Source: Octopus sinensis (taxonomy: Eukaryota). Taken from it: a DNA stretch of 64,000 bases. The stretch covers positions 5,022,001 through 5,086,000 of the forward strand of contig NC_043004.1 in the NCBI RefSeq assembly GCF_006345805.1. The letters run 5' to 3'. Of the stretch, positions 36,332 to 50,335 are shown one piece after another; position 1 is the stretch's first letter; each line of letters starts with the position of its first letter. The notes under the pieces are model-generated. The model searched no databases. It saw only the letters and a list, made by a program, of their open reading frames with translations, and had not been told where the DNA came from. The translations under genes and the position numbers were made by a program.

Positions 36332-37056
36332 CAGACTTCTTCCATTTTCCATCTAACCAAATCCACTCACAAGGCTTTGGTCAGCCTGGAGGTATAGTAG
36401 AAGATGCTTGCCCAAGGTGTCATGTAGAGGGACTAAACCCAAAACCATGTGGTTTACAAACAAATTTCTAACTGCATAGCCATATATATGCACATCAGGG
36501 CAGGGAGGGGGGAGATGCTGTTGGTGAAGAAGTGAGAGACAAAAGAACAAAAATGACAAAAAGATAGAATGCAAAAGAGTAACTTATTTTTGCATTTCAG
36601 TGAGAGGGCCAAGAAGGCGACAGAGGTTGTATACACATGACCTTACATGAATACTAAGCTAAGGGAAGAAAAAATAAAAATAACAATAATAACACAGAAA
36701 ATATGTCATGCTCCACTTTACAGAGCATAATATATGTGCACATGTATGTGTGTGTGAGTATGAGTGTGTGTGTGTGTGTGTGTGTTGTGTGTGTGTGTGT
36801 ATACATATATATATATATATTTACAACGTCCATTTTTCCATGATTGCATGGAGGTTGACATGATTCTGTTGAAGCAGGTTTTCTACAGCTGAATGCCCTT
36901 CCTGTTGCCAACCTTCACCTGTTTCCAAATTAGGGTAATATTTACTAATGGATGAACATGTTTTCAGGGAAGAATGGAAACAAGGGACACCACTTCTATG
37001 ATGGTAATACTCATATACAAGTATCATATATGATAGCAAGGCAAGAAAACAGCAAT

Positions 37057-37090
<34 letters not shown>

Positions 37091-37547
37091 CAGACTTCTT
37101 CCATTTTCCATCTAACCAAATCCACTCACAAGGCTTTGGTCAGCCTGGAGGTATAGTAGAAGATGCTTGCCCAAGGTGTCATGTAGAGGGACTAAACCCA
37201 AAACCATGTGGTTTACAAACAAATTTCTAACTGCATAGCCATATATATGCACATCAGGGCAGGGAGGGGGGAGATGCTGTTGGTGAAGAAGTGAGAGACA
37301 AAAGAACAAAAATGACAAAAAGATAGAATGCAAAAGAGTAACTTATTTTTGCATTTCAGTGAGAGGGCCAAGAAGGCGACAGAGGTTGTATACACATGAC
37401 CTTACATGAATACTAAGCTAAGGGAAGAAAAAATAAAAATAACAATAATAACACAGAAAATATGTCATGCTCCACTTTACAGAGCATAATATATGTGCAC
37501 ATGTATGTGTGTGTGAGTATGAGTGTGTGTGTGTGTGTGTGTGTGTG
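36030..37547. repeat. Near-identical tandem duplication, unit ~760-773 bp, bounded by (TG)n
   Basis: Identical ORFs offset by 773 bp (36179/36952) and 759 bp (36353/37112). Visible differences are in microsatellite lengths. Confidence 0.9.
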
Positions 37548-37899
37548 TCTATATGATGGTTTTTGGTAAGCAGTGTTGATATTTCACAATTCTGTAAATG
37601 ACAATAATATTTATAAGCTTAAAGCTTAAAAGCAACCACCATGTAATGACTAAAGAAAATAGTCCAATATTGGGGCATATAAGCCCTCGATGGTAACACA
37701 CTTGTCACAAAAGCAAACAGCTGAATTCGAATGCCATGTGCACAAAATCCACTATTTTTTTCCATCAAGGGCTTATATGCCTCAATATTAGACTATTTTC
37801 TTTAGTCGCCCTTCCTAACGCTAACCACTGCGTGCTTTTTCTATGGCATTAGCACTAGTTTAGTATGATTGCTAAGTCACTCACAAGACTAGTGAGGCC

Positions 37900-38300
37900 A
37901 CCATGTAGCTTCATCATTCAAGCACACCAACATTACCACATGCAGCAGAACATGCAGCTCCCTCTTTCCAGACTTCAAAAATCCTCCCCATTCAAGGCTC
38001 ATATGCTACCATGTAGCATTGCACTTCATACACATGCATCATACAACCTATTCTTCACTCTGCAAAAGAAATTGCTTGTCAGATTTTTCCCCTCTATTCT
38101 TACTCTGGTGATTATGTTTTCAGAACACCCACTTCTACTGGTTATTAGTCATTATCATCACCACTTAACATCTGTTTTCCATGCTAGCATGGGTTGGACA
38201 GTTTGACTCACCAGGTTTCATTGTCTGTTTGGCATGGTTTCTATTGCTGGATGCCCTTCCTAATTAATGCCAAGCATTCCATAGAGTGCACGGGGTACTT
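37900..38300 (-). mobile_element. Old RTE remnant (RT C-terminus and 3' tail)
   Basis: Minus strand reads RVKNRLYDACV-SAMLHGS. Tail motif at 38150-38280. Confidence 0.55.
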
Positions 38301-38744
38301 TTAACACAGCACCAGCACATAGCACCAGCACCAGTACCAATTCTGCTGCAGTGGACAGGTCTTCTTCAGTACATAAATGCTCCAGATATCTCAGTGCTTA
38401 GTACTTCATCTAAGTAATCAAAGCTATCAGCTACTTCTAAGAAACAGTCTGGGCATTTGAAAGAATATATTTTATATGGAACCTAATTGATAACTACTCC
38501 GATACATTTTCTCCAAATAAAGAATACCTTCTCTGCCAGAAATCCTTGTGATGCCACTACATCGCTTGTGCATCCATGACTTATAAACTGTACACAGTAT
38601 GAAATTCTTGCCCGTTCCATTTTTGCATATCGAACATGCCCACTTCCATTATAGTAGTAAGATTCTATCTTCTCTCCTGCTCACTAAAACTTTAGTCTGT
38701 ATTAAATTTACTTTGAGGCCTCTTAATATCTTTTATGTTCTATC

Positions 38745-39160
38745 TTTTATTTGTTTCAGTCACTGGACTGTGGCCATGTTGGGGTACAACCTTCAAGGGT
38801 CCTTAATCAAACGAATTAACCCTAATATTTCTTTTTTTTTTTTAGAGTGTGGTGCCTGTTTCTATTGGTCTCATTTGCTGAAATGCTAAGTTATGGAGGA
38901 CATAAACACACCAACACCAGTTTCAAGCTGTGGTGGACGGAAAACACAGACACAAATACACACACACACACATGCATAGGTACCTCTACAGATACATATA
39001 TGACAGGCTTCTTTCAGTTTCCATCTACCAAATCCACTCACAAGGCTTTGGTCAGCCTGTGGCTGTAGTAGAAGACACTTGGCCAAGATACTATACAGTG
39101 GGACTGAACCCAGAACCATGTGTTTGAGAAGCAAACTTCTCAAACCACACAGCCACACTT
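38745..39160 (-). mobile_element. Full-length decayed SINE family 2
   Basis: Homology to 19210-19590 with CpGs converted. Confidence 0.75.
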
Positions 39161-39179
39161 GCTTACAATTTTATCACAC

Positions 39180-39940
39180 TTGACACCTTTAAAGTAGTTC
39201 TGTCCACAGGTGAAACACACTTCTTACAACATAGTTTTCAGTTCAATTTTGAACATCTTCTGGAATATGTTTTCAATAGTGATGCACAGTTATCATTGCA
39301 AATTTTCCTAATCTTTTATGCCATTTAAAATCAGCAACCTTTCAGGCTGGTTTCAAATTTTGGGAATAGAGAAAAATCTGGAGGGACCACATGAGCAGCT
39401 ACAATGTCATGTCAGCCCACACTTCTAGCCCCTTTCTTTGCTCTCCTTCCTTCAAATAGTTCAAAACATCCAAATAAAACTCATTATTGATCATCTGGTC
39501 ACATGAAATAAACTCATGATGAACAATGCCCAGCCATCAAAAATAGGCAGTCAACATCATCTTTACATCTGAACAACTCTGACGTGCTTTTTTTTTGGGG
39601 GGGGGCTGAGGCAATGATTATTAAACCCATTGTGAAGACTGCTTCTTTGTTTTGATGTTGCAGTCACAACATGTTCCATCATTTGTTATGACATTTTTTC
39701 AGAAAGTTTCCATCAGCATTCAGCTAAACAGATCTCCTGACTGATTGTGACTTTGCACTCTTTTGCTTCACAAATTTTACAAGTACATGATGCAAGTTCA
39801 ATTTTACTTTTGAAATTATGCAGCATGAACTTTTACAGATGCCTACTTCTTCAGCAACTTCACTGAGAGTAAGGGACAATTTCCAAGGATCAACACAAGC
39901 ACATTCACAATAGAATCATTGCTCATTATTGAGGGAGGTT
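39180..39940 (-). mobile_element. Possible decayed mariner transposase remnant
   Basis: Weak similarity of non-repetitive sequence to mariner-type coding DNA; no clear TIR. Confidence 0.3.
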
Positions 39941-41914
39941 GTCCAAATTTGGGATCATATTAGGGAGATGTTCCGATTTTGAAAGACTGGCACTGCTCAT
40001 GACATTGTGTAAGGTTCAAACAACCACTTCCATAGACCTATGGCAACAGAAGGAAAACTTAAGACTTGGGTCTGTCATGAACTTAGAACTCTTAAGACTT
40101 GAGCTAATCCAAGTTTACAAAGAGTGTAAGTGATTGAGATTACAATCCACCACACTGAATGGGATGCCAGTCCATCACAAAGTTAACTTCCCAGCTGTTG
40201 CAGGGTCACTCCTTTACAGCTGAGTGGACTGAAGCAACATTAAATGAAGTGTTTTGCTCGAGAACACAGCACATCACCTGGTCCAAGAATCAAAATCACA
40301 ACCTTATGATTGCGAGTGTAACACCCTAACCACTATGCCACATGCCATCACCCAACAGAAGAAAAGTCACCATAAAACTTTTCCCAATTTTAAACAGGAT
40401 TTCATACTAACACAATCCTCATCCAAATCCTTCATTGATCAACTTATATTAAATTTTCCAAGTGCATTGGACATGCGTTCAGTCTAGCATCTCTAAACCA
40501 ATGATGTGTAATGCAGCTAATATGAAGCTGAAGGTTAAGACAGCAAGCTGGCAAAATTGTTAGTATGCCGGGCAAAAAGCTTAGCAGCATTTCTTCCGAT
40601 ATTTACATTCTGAGTTCAAATTCTACAGAGGTTGACTTTGCCTTTCATCCTTTCAGGGTCGATAAAATAAGTACTGGTCAAGCACTGGGATCAATGTAAT
40701 CGTTACATGCCAAACTTGCTGGCCTTGTGCAAGGCCAAAATCTGAAATATCAAGCTGAAGCTCAAGGTCATCTATACACAGCATTGCAGTGGTGAGCACA
40801 CTGTACTGACTGGTTGATGTGCTATATTAAAAGTCCAGTTTTATTTGAATGGACCTCAGATGTGTATATTTACACAGTGTGAAATCTAAACCTAAAAGAT
40901 GAACTACCTCATTGATATCACACAGTTTCTCTGATAAATTCATAGTCTAAATTTTCTGTTTTAAGATAAGGAACACATTCATTGTAAACACAAAGACAAA
41001 ACTGGCAAAACTGGCTAGTAAGCTTGCCTACTCAGTAAGAGATGCATGGTTCAATTCCTGTCAGAGGTAATCACATATAATTGATAAATAAATGAGAAAA
41101 CTTAAAGATATACACAGGAAAACTTAATTCTTCAAAATTGTCATCATTGTTTGAACATCCACTCATCCAGGTTTGCATGGATCAGGCAGAATCTATAAAG
41201 GCAGATTTTTTATGACCTGTCGCCCTTCCTGTTACCTATCCTTACCAGTTTCCAAGGCAAGGTAATATTTCCCTATATACATGACAGGCTTCTTTCAGTT
41301 TCTGTCTACCACATGTACTCACAAGGCTTTGGTTGGCTATAGGAGAAGACACTTGCTCAAAATGCTACACAGCAGGACTGAACCTGAAACCATGTGGTTG
41401 GGAAACAAAACCACACAGCCTGCACCCATAGACACACTTGTGTCTGTCTTATATGTCTACGTCTAAAATCACGTAGACAGGTATTAGGTCATTAATAACA
41501 GTTGTCAGGTCATCTAATCAAAGGGGAAGGAAATATATATTTTATTCATTGAACAGAGCTAGAGTTAAACAGCAGCTTTATGAACATTTTATGACTTTCA
41601 ATCAAATCCTAGTAGTAACACAGTGACATTATATATTATCCTTAGGCAGTAGATATTATTCATTTTTGCTTTCAGTCTAGCCAATTAATGGAATGTATTT
41701 GTTTAAAAATTAAAATCACGTAAACAAAACAGTCATCAGAAAACAAATAACGAAATCAGATAATAGAAATGAATAAAGCTTGTGAGTTTTGTGCTTAAAA
41801 ACTTGCAGTGAAAATTTTGAAACTGACAGACAAAATGACTAGGTTGTTCTGATACTAACTATCAAGTGTAGATGGAAATAAGTTAATATGGAGTCTTCCC
41901 AACCTCATGGTTCT

Positions 41915-42270
41915 GGGTTTAGTCCCACTTCATGGCACCTTGGGCAAGTGTCTTTTCCCATAGCTCCAGGCCAACCAAAGCCTTGAGAGTGGATTTAGTA
42001 GACAGAAACTCAAAAAAGCCTGTCGTGTGTGTGTGTGTGTGTGTGTGTGTGCACGCATGTGTTTGTCACCCCCTCTCCACACTGCTTGACAACCAGTGTT
42101 GGTGTGTTTACATCCCCATAACTTAGTCAGCAAACGAGACTGAGAGAATAAGGACCCAGCTTTAAAAAAAAGTACTGGAGTCAACTCGTTCAATCAAAAA
42201 TTCTTCAAGGCAGTGCCACAGCATGGCAGCAGTCTAATGACTGCAACAAGTAAAAGACCAAAGATAAAAG
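41915..42270 (+). mobile_element. SINE family 2 copy
   Basis: Homology to 19210-19590. Confidence 0.75.
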
Positions 42271-43136
42271 AAGAAATCCTTCTGAGATTTATCACCATCA
42301 ACTCCTGGATATTACTGTCTTGAACCCTAGGGCTCTCAGAGCTGGTTCCCCGATTTCCATGGCATATAAGTGACCAAGATTACAGCATTCCCTTTGAATG
42401 TCAGTCCACCACAGAGCTACTCATGTATTACTGAGTGAACTGGCCTCAAGAACACAATGCACTGCTCGAACCAAGAACTGAAACCATGATCTTGCAAGGA
42501 TGAATACAACCCCTTAACCACTAGGCTACACTCTTTCACCGAGATTTAGCCATGACTTGTAATATCATACAAATAACATAACCAGAATGTGAACCAGCAA
42601 TGTCATCTTTCGTCATGGATGCTTTGGCACATGCCTTGCATTGTGACTTCATATTTTGCTGTTCTGGGGACAAGACACTTAGCACACTCTATTCCAGATA
42701 ACCCACCCTGTAAACAGGCACCTAACAGATGAGGGAGCCCCTCTATGCAGCCACCTGACTTGCAAGTAATAGCAGCCAAATTTCTTTTAAAAATCATATA
42801 CTACTATCTTAAACAGGGAAAGACACACAGGAAAACTTTCAAGAAAATTGGTATTTTTTAATGAAATTTTATATAAATACCTTTCAAACAGCACAGAATA
42901 TCTGTTAGAATGTCTTTATCATATATCGTCCAAAACGAAAAGTTTTCCAGCATTTTCTCTCTGAGAATAGCTTCATTCTCTTTCACTATCATTCTCTATC
43001 CACTCCTTTCGTTCGCTCAATCCATCTCTCTAAATCACCTTCTCTTTTCCCCCTCCCTTCTCTGTCTCCTTGCCTCTAACCTTTTTCCTGCGTTTAATAC
43101 AGTATATTTCTCTTACCTCTCAGCACTATTAATGTC

Positions 43137-43169
<33 letters not shown>

Positions 43170-43279
43170 CCTCTTTCTTTCTCTCTCCCTCTTACTCTCT
43201 CTTCTTTGCCACTTTGCTTCTTACTTCAACTATACTTCTGCTTAACAAGTTCCATCTCTCTTTTTACCTCTTCCTTTCA

Positions 43280-43925
43280 ACTAAGTGTGACACACACCAC
43301 AGGTACATATGTAAATACGTAGGTATTCGCATATTAATATAACAATTTTTATCACTTGGAAATGAATTTGGGAATAATCAAAATAAATTGCGAAGTCCAG
43401 TGAAAGTCACCCATGAAATAGAAATAATTATTTATACAAAAAGCAAGGACCTACGTACATCAAATTGTCTTTAAATTAAGTGGCAGCAGAAGAATTATAG
43501 TTGAATTTTTAAAAGGTATGCTTAAATATTAATGTAATACTCAAATACAGAGATCAATTTTCAGTTCTATAGTTTATTGTTGCCTATAGCATATGGCAGC
43601 AGTAAGCCTCGTAAAAATAAATCTCTGCCAACAGAAGACCAGATTGCAGTCAAAAGAACCAAAGCTGCAGCAAAAAGAAGAAAGTCCCATGCAAATGAAA
43701 ACCCAGATCAAATGGCAGCTAGGAGAGCTTCCAATGGTAAGAATATGCAAATACTTAGGGACTCTCAAGCTCCTGAACAAGCTGAATCTAGGAGAGCTTC
43801 CAATGTAGCCAACATGAGAAGAGTAAGGGATTCAGAATCACGAGGGCAATCAGAAACCAGGAGAGTTTCCAATGTTGTACAGGAGCTAGCATAAAAGCCA
43901 CCCTATCAGGTGTCTTTTAACCTAG
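43280..43925 (+). mobile_element. Internally deleted Helitron (Rep-helicase N-terminal repeats joined to the 3' terminus); 5' end not defined
   Basis: 23-aa repeats RRASNGKNMQILRDSQAPEQAES / RRASNVANMRRVRDSESRGQSET, then a hairpin at 43892-43919 and CTAG|T at 43922-43926. Confidence 0.55.
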
Positions 43926-43995
43926 TGTGTGTGTGTGTATAGATAGATATATAAATATGGACATATATATATGTGTATATATATATATATATATC

Positions 43996-44146
43996 ATCAT
44001 CATCATCATCGTTTAACGTCCGTTCTCCATGCTAGCATGGGTTAGACGGTTCGACCGGGGATCTGGGAAGCCAGAAGGCTGCACCAGGCTCCAGTCTTAT
44101 CTGGCAATGTTTCTACAGCTGGATGCCCTTCCTAACGCCAACCACA
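43996..44146 (-). mobile_element. Very short young RTE 3' end inserted in (TA)n
   Basis: Nearly identical to 9541-9690, with (TA)n on both sides. Confidence 0.9.
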
Positions 44147-47099
44147 TATATATATATATATATATATCAGTGACAACTCTGGCACTCAGGCTATTCAGGC
44201 TTAGCCCGAGTATAAATTTAGGAAAGTGAACGTGTATTTGTAAGCTGATTTAATTTCTGCCAACACTGACTTCAAGTATGTAACTGCAGCCAACAACTCG
44301 GGCTCCTTTTATCGAGCCTGGTCACAGTTCATTTATTTTCATTCCGTGTCTGGCAATCATCTTAGAGGTGCCCTGTGTCAAAAAGTATTATTCGTAGCAG
44401 ACGTTCTCTCAACATCGTTCACATGTACCTGACTCGGGCTCCAAAGTTACACCCCAAGTTGTTATCTATAATCATAAAAATTAAAAGTAATTCAAATTCA
44501 ATTTTTCCTTGAAACAATAAATTTCTATAGAGATTAGGCTTTAAATTCTAATCTATGAAAAGTTTCCTTTCTACAATATTCTTAAAGGAAGGAAAAACAA
44601 TCTAGCAACTGGGGCTAATATGAACGAGCCTGGTAGGTGTAAAAGACTAATTGACATCTCTTGTCAAGAGTACAGGCAACAGTCAGATTGCTGATGTTTG
44701 TTGTGCACTCCACTGTTGTTATTTGATTGCTGTCATTCTGTGCATCTGTGTGTAAAGACCAGTTGTGTTTTGCAGGGTTCTTTATTTTTACCCTTAACTT
44801 AAAAATGGAGAAAGACTTAGTGCTAGATATTAAAAATAAGCCATTTGGGGCTAGAAATAAAGTGGAAAAATGTGAAATTCTTTGAGCAGGCATCATGTGT
44901 CTTATGCAAAATCTGTGATAAACCTGAGTAATGCTGATGACTTGGAGTCGCCTCTGATGTGTGTGTGTGCAAGAGAGAAATATTAGACCATTTGATGTCA
45001 AATAAGTCAGCATTGAATCAGTGATGCCAAACAGACAGGGCTAAAATGGCTGTGCCAAAACTTCTCAAACTCAGGAAGAGTGTATGGACGAACACTGCCC
45101 GAATAAAAAATAGAATGCTTACAGCTTGGACATCTTTAATCATAATGGTCTGCTTGACCAAGGCTAACATGATGATAGATGACAGCAACAAAAGAGCATC
45201 TAAGTGGTCATTTTAACTGTGTGACTAGTTTTAATTTTTCCCTGATGTTCTTCCCTTCCCATGCAGTCTTGATATCAATACAGCTGATCACCCACTGATG
45301 GATACATTTCATCACCAAATGTCAATGCAATTGGCTCGTTTTATCAGACTGTTAGCAGGAATGTTGGCAGAGTCTAAAATACCAACCCACAACCTACAAG
45401 TCCAACCCAAATTACTGCTGAGTAGTGAAAATAACTAAATAACACAAAGAGAAGTCTGTCGAGGACTGATGATGTCAGCAAGTGACTAACCCATTCCAGT
45501 CTGGTAGGACATAAAAAATTTGTCTTTTTATCCATAACTAATCTGACCAGCAAAAGATACAATAAACCCAGTAGGTGTTTAACTCATTAGATCCCAGTGT
45601 TATAAACAAGTACTATTTCAACAAACAACATATAGGATTGTCATTGACAATATCATTTTCTAGTTGTCTTTTCTTTGACGTGCATCCATTAATTAGCCAG
45701 CAGTCACAGCTCAGTCAAGGTCAACAGCCGAACGAATCTACAACACTCTGACTGTGGCACACTTTTCCATGGTCTGATGGAATGTCTTGTGGCAGACATT
45801 CTACAGCCAGATGTAGTTCCTTGTCACCAACCTTCACCGGTCTCCATGTAAGGTAATAATACCCCATAGCCAGACATGTTTTTCACAGAAGACTAGAAAT
45901 GAACAACCTCACTTGTATGACAGTAATGCTCATTTACAACCATCACATCATGTCTAGACAAGTATACACACAAATACATATGTACGCATACATATATATA
46001 CTTATATATATACATATATCATGGGCTTCCAAACAGTTTCAGTTACCAAATCCACTCACAAGATCTTTGCCCATGGTGTGAGCTCCTTAGCAATACAGTC
46101 ATTTATAGAACAAAACATAGTAACCATACCTTCATGTTGGCATCCATAGGTTCCTACAAGTAAACAATAATAATATATTAATATTAACCACCAAAGATAA
46201 GAAATGCAAAGAAAATGTAATATATTAATTTTATATATAATGAGAGAGCAAGTGAGGGAGAGAGAGAGAATTATAGAAATGATTCAGTTATTATCGGAAG
46301 ACTGACACAACCAAAAGATAACAGCTTATATAAATTGACAAAGTGAAGATAAACTAAATGTTAAAGTCAACAGAACAGAAATGTATTAAATCTTAATCAC
46401 CAACAGATTAATATAATCTGAAACAATTGAGCTGAAACTCATGAGAAGACACAGACCAGGAAATATAACTAATATAGAATACATTCATGTAAGGACAAGG
46501 ATCAAATTCATTGTAAACACAAAGACAAAACTGGCAAAACTGGTTAGTAAGCATGCCCGTTCAGTAAGAGATGCATGGTTCAATTCCTGTCAGAGATGAT
46601 CACATACAATTGATATATAAAATGGAAAAGTTATAAAGATATACACAGGGCAACTTAATTCCTATATGCCTTAAATAACTTAGGTAGGCATTAGATCATC
46701 AATACATGTTAACAACAGTTGTTTGGTTATAATCAAGAGGAAAGGAGATATTAAATATAGAATTAAACACCAGCTTTATAAACAAATGCATGATTATCAA
46801 ATATATCAAATTATCAAATACATAATGATTATCAAATACTAATGTTAATTGTAGTAATACCAAAGGCAGCAAACTGACTGAATGCTTAGCAGCATTTGTT
46901 CCAGTTCTTTACACTCTGAATTCAAATGTTGCCAAAATTGACTTTGTCTTACATCATTCTGGGGTTGATAAAATAAGTACCAATTGAGTGATGGGATCAG
47001 TGTAATCTAATAGACTTCTCCTCTAAAATTTGAGGCCCAGTGTCTATAGTAGAAAGAAATTATACTAAAACTAATTAAGATAATACAAATATTGGCTTC

Positions 47100-47745
47100 A
47101 AATTTTGGTGAAAGGCCAGCAATTTGAGGGGAGGGGATTAGTCAATGACATCAACCCTGGTATTCAACTGGTATTTATTTTATTGACCCTGAAAGGAGGA
47201 AAGGCAAAATCGACCTCAGCGGAATTTGAACTCAGAACGTAAGATGAATGAAATGTTGCTAAAGCATTTTGCCCAAAGTGCCAATGATTCTGCCAGCCTG
47301 CCACATCATCATCATCATCATCATCATCATTTAACATCCATTGTCCATGCTGGTATGGGTTGGACGGTTTGACTGGGCTGGCACACTGGAAGGCTCCACC
47401 AGACTCCAGCTTGATTTGACATGGATGGTTTTCTATGACTAGATGCCCTTCCAAACACCAACCACTCTGAGAGTGTAACGGGTGCTTTAACATGCCACCA
47501 GCACAGGTACCATTTGCATGACACCAGAGTGCATTTACATGCCACCTACACAGACGCCAATTTGCGTGACACCAATACTAAAACAAATATTATCATCATT
47601 TAGCGTCCGCTTTCCATGCTAGCATGGGTTGGACGGTTCAGCTGGGGTCTGGGAAACCAGAAGGCTGCACCAGGCCCAGTCTGATCTGGCAATGTTTCTA
47701 CGGCTGGATGCTCTTCCTAACACCAACCACTCCGTGAGTGTAGCG
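47100..47745 (-). mobile_element. Nin/Deu-core SINE (47100-47305) followed by two RTE tails (47305-47580, 47590-47745)
   Basis: Family motifs as above. Confidence 0.75.
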
Positions 47746-47788
47746 ATTATTATAAAATACAATCATTTATTCAATAGGGTTTATTGCA

Positions 47789-48354
47789 TTTGGTTGTCCG
47801 GAAAGTTTGTGCCGATTTATAGTAGCTTACCTTTCGACTTATTTTAGAACATGGTTGAGTCCATAAAATAGGATTTGACTACACTGCCATTTAGAGCACA
47901 GTTTAAGCTATCTTTTCGTGGAAGAAGGTTTATGTTCCTATAACCTGTGTTAATTCTGTAACCCTTTAAAATGGAAGATAAGAAAGTTTATTTTCGGCAC
48001 TTGATGCTTTGGGAACCAGACAAAAATTGCTGCAGCTTGGCTAGGACGTGTTACCCCACCCTCCATATTCACCAGATATTGCTCCTTCGGATTTCCACTT
48101 ATTCAGGTCTCTGCAGAATAGTCTAAATGGTAAAAATTTCAATTCCTTGGATGACGTAAAAAGATATCTTGATGAATTCTTTACCATGAAACCCCCTCAA
48201 TTCTGGGAAGAGGGTATTTTCAAGTTAAAGGAAAGATGGAGACGCATTGTGCAACAAAATGGTTCATATTTGGTTGATTAAAAATGTAATGGCAAGTATT
48301 TATTGACCTTTTTCTTTCCTTTAAAAATCGGCACAAACTTTCCGCACAACCCAA
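47789..48354 (+). mobile_element. Young internally deleted mariner transposon
   Basis: ~30-bp TIRs TTTGGTTGTCCGGAAAGTTTGTGCCGATTT / AAATCGGCACAAACTTTCCGCACAACCCAA with TA (left CA) target. N-terminus MEDKKVYFRHLML is fused to C-terminus LPHPPYSPDIAPSDFHLFRSLQNSL...ERWRRIVQQNGSYLVD. Confidence 0.9.
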
Positions 48355-48792
48355 TAAGTGATGACACTCTTTTTGTCTATATCAACTTGTTACTAAACTT
48401 GAACAAAGGAACTTGCTGAAGAAATGGATGTGTGGCTTCTGTGTTAACAAAATCACTTGCAAGATATCTCACTAGAAATATGGCCTTTGTGTGTTTACTC
48501 ATATCTAGGGAATATACCCAACTTGGGGCACATTTTAACAATCCTAACCCTCAACCTGTTTTATCATTGCTTTTTCCTTTGTGAGATTTATTTGGTACAT
48601 CAGTTTGAATTTTCTATGGGTGCACTTTATAATCACATGGTTTAAGTTCAGTCCCACTACATGGCACCTTGGGCAAGTGTCTTCCGCTATAGCCTTAGCC
48701 AACCACTGCTTTGTGAATGAATTTGACAGAAACTGTGTGGAAGCCTCATGTCATTTATCACTTAACATCCATTTGTGTGTGTGTGTGTATTT

Positions 48793-48826
<34 letters not shown>

Positions 48827-49469
48827 CCTGGGCTGCTCTCCAGCTGGCCAGCCCCTGTCAAACTGTCCAACTCCTGCCACCATGGTAAATGGATGATAAA
48901 TGATGGCGATATCTATCTAGCTGTCTATATATATGAATGTATGTGCATAAGCGAGCGTGTGTGTGTGTGTGTGTGCACGCGCGTGCCTTTGTGCTTGTAT
49001 TTGTCCCCCACACCTCTTGACAACCAGTGTTGGTTTGTTTACATACTCATAACTTAACCGCTCAATAAAAGAGAATGATAGAATAAATATCACACTTTAA
49101 AAAAAAAAACATAAGAACTAGGTTTGAATTATTTGAGTAAAATTTTTCCAGAGCAGTGCCCGAGCATGGCCAAAGTCCATTGATTGAAACAAGTAAAAAA
49201 ACGAATACTTTCCAACATTTCTTCATTAAGGCAGCAAGTTGGCAGAAACGTTAGCATGCTGGGTGAAATGCTTAGCAGTATTTTGTCTGCTGCTACATTC
49301 TGAGTTCAAATTCCACCGAGGTCGACTTTGCCTTTTATCCTTGATTCTCTTACTCTATTATCACCTGATTCCTGACAGTAGTTCTGCACCATCCATCATA
49401 GAATCGGTCAGTAGTTTGTAGCTAACATTGTCACTGTGCAATATATTATACCATAAATCTCTCTAACTC

Positions 49470-50335
49470 CCCTTAAAAGCACCTGTGCTGGTGCTGTGTT
49501 AACACACCCATGCTGGTGCCCCATAAACGCACGTCCATGCTGGTGGCACTGCATTAACACACCTGTGCCAGTGGCACATAAAGAGCACCCAGCACACTCT
49601 GTTAAGTGGTTGGCATTAGGAAGGGCATCCAACTGTAGAAACCATGCCTCAACAGACAGTTGGGAGTCTGGACAGCTCCCTCCTGCTAGCCAGCTCCATA
49701 TCAAACCATCCAACCCATGCCAGCATGGAAAGTGGATGCAAAACGATGATGATGATTAGCATTGTCTAAAAATGTGCAACCAAAATATGTAATCCTTATG
49801 CATGGCATGAACTTGAAGCCTGAAATTGATGAGGAGAAATAGGATATTATGATATTCATAAAAAAAAAAAAGATTAAGTCTTTTGCTCCCTATGGAGGCC
49901 ATCAACGATATTTCTCAACTGTTTTCATTTCTGGGCTGTCTTTTCTGCTTTCAGCCTTGCTTCCACTTCTCTTGTGGATTCCATCTCAACTTACACATCA
50001 GACATATGTTCCCTGAGGGAAATCCTTCCCTCTCAGGTCTTGTTGATGCCACTTAAAAAGCATCCAGTCCACATTGTAAAGTGGTTGGCATTTGGAAGGG
50101 CATCCAGCAGTAAAAAACATGCCAAAACCAACCTCACTTGTGCTTGTGCCATGTAAAAAGCACTTGGTCCACTCTACTGGGTGGTGAGAGCTAGGAAGGG
50201 TACTCAGCCATAAAAACCCTGCCAAAACAAACACAGAAGTCTGGTGCAGGTTCCTGCATGGCCGGCACCTGTGAAACTGTTCAACCCATTACAACATGAA
50301 AGGCAGACGTTAAATAATGATGATGATGATGATAA
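49470..50335 (+). mobile_element. Two RTE 3'-tail fragments (49470-49755, 50030-50335)
   Basis: Family motifs and (GAT)n tails. Confidence 0.7.

Noticed and set aside
44170-45400. Non-repetitive block possibly an exon or TE
   Set aside because: The 132-aa minus ORF has no recognisable motif; no TIR/LTR pair or convincing splice pair was found.
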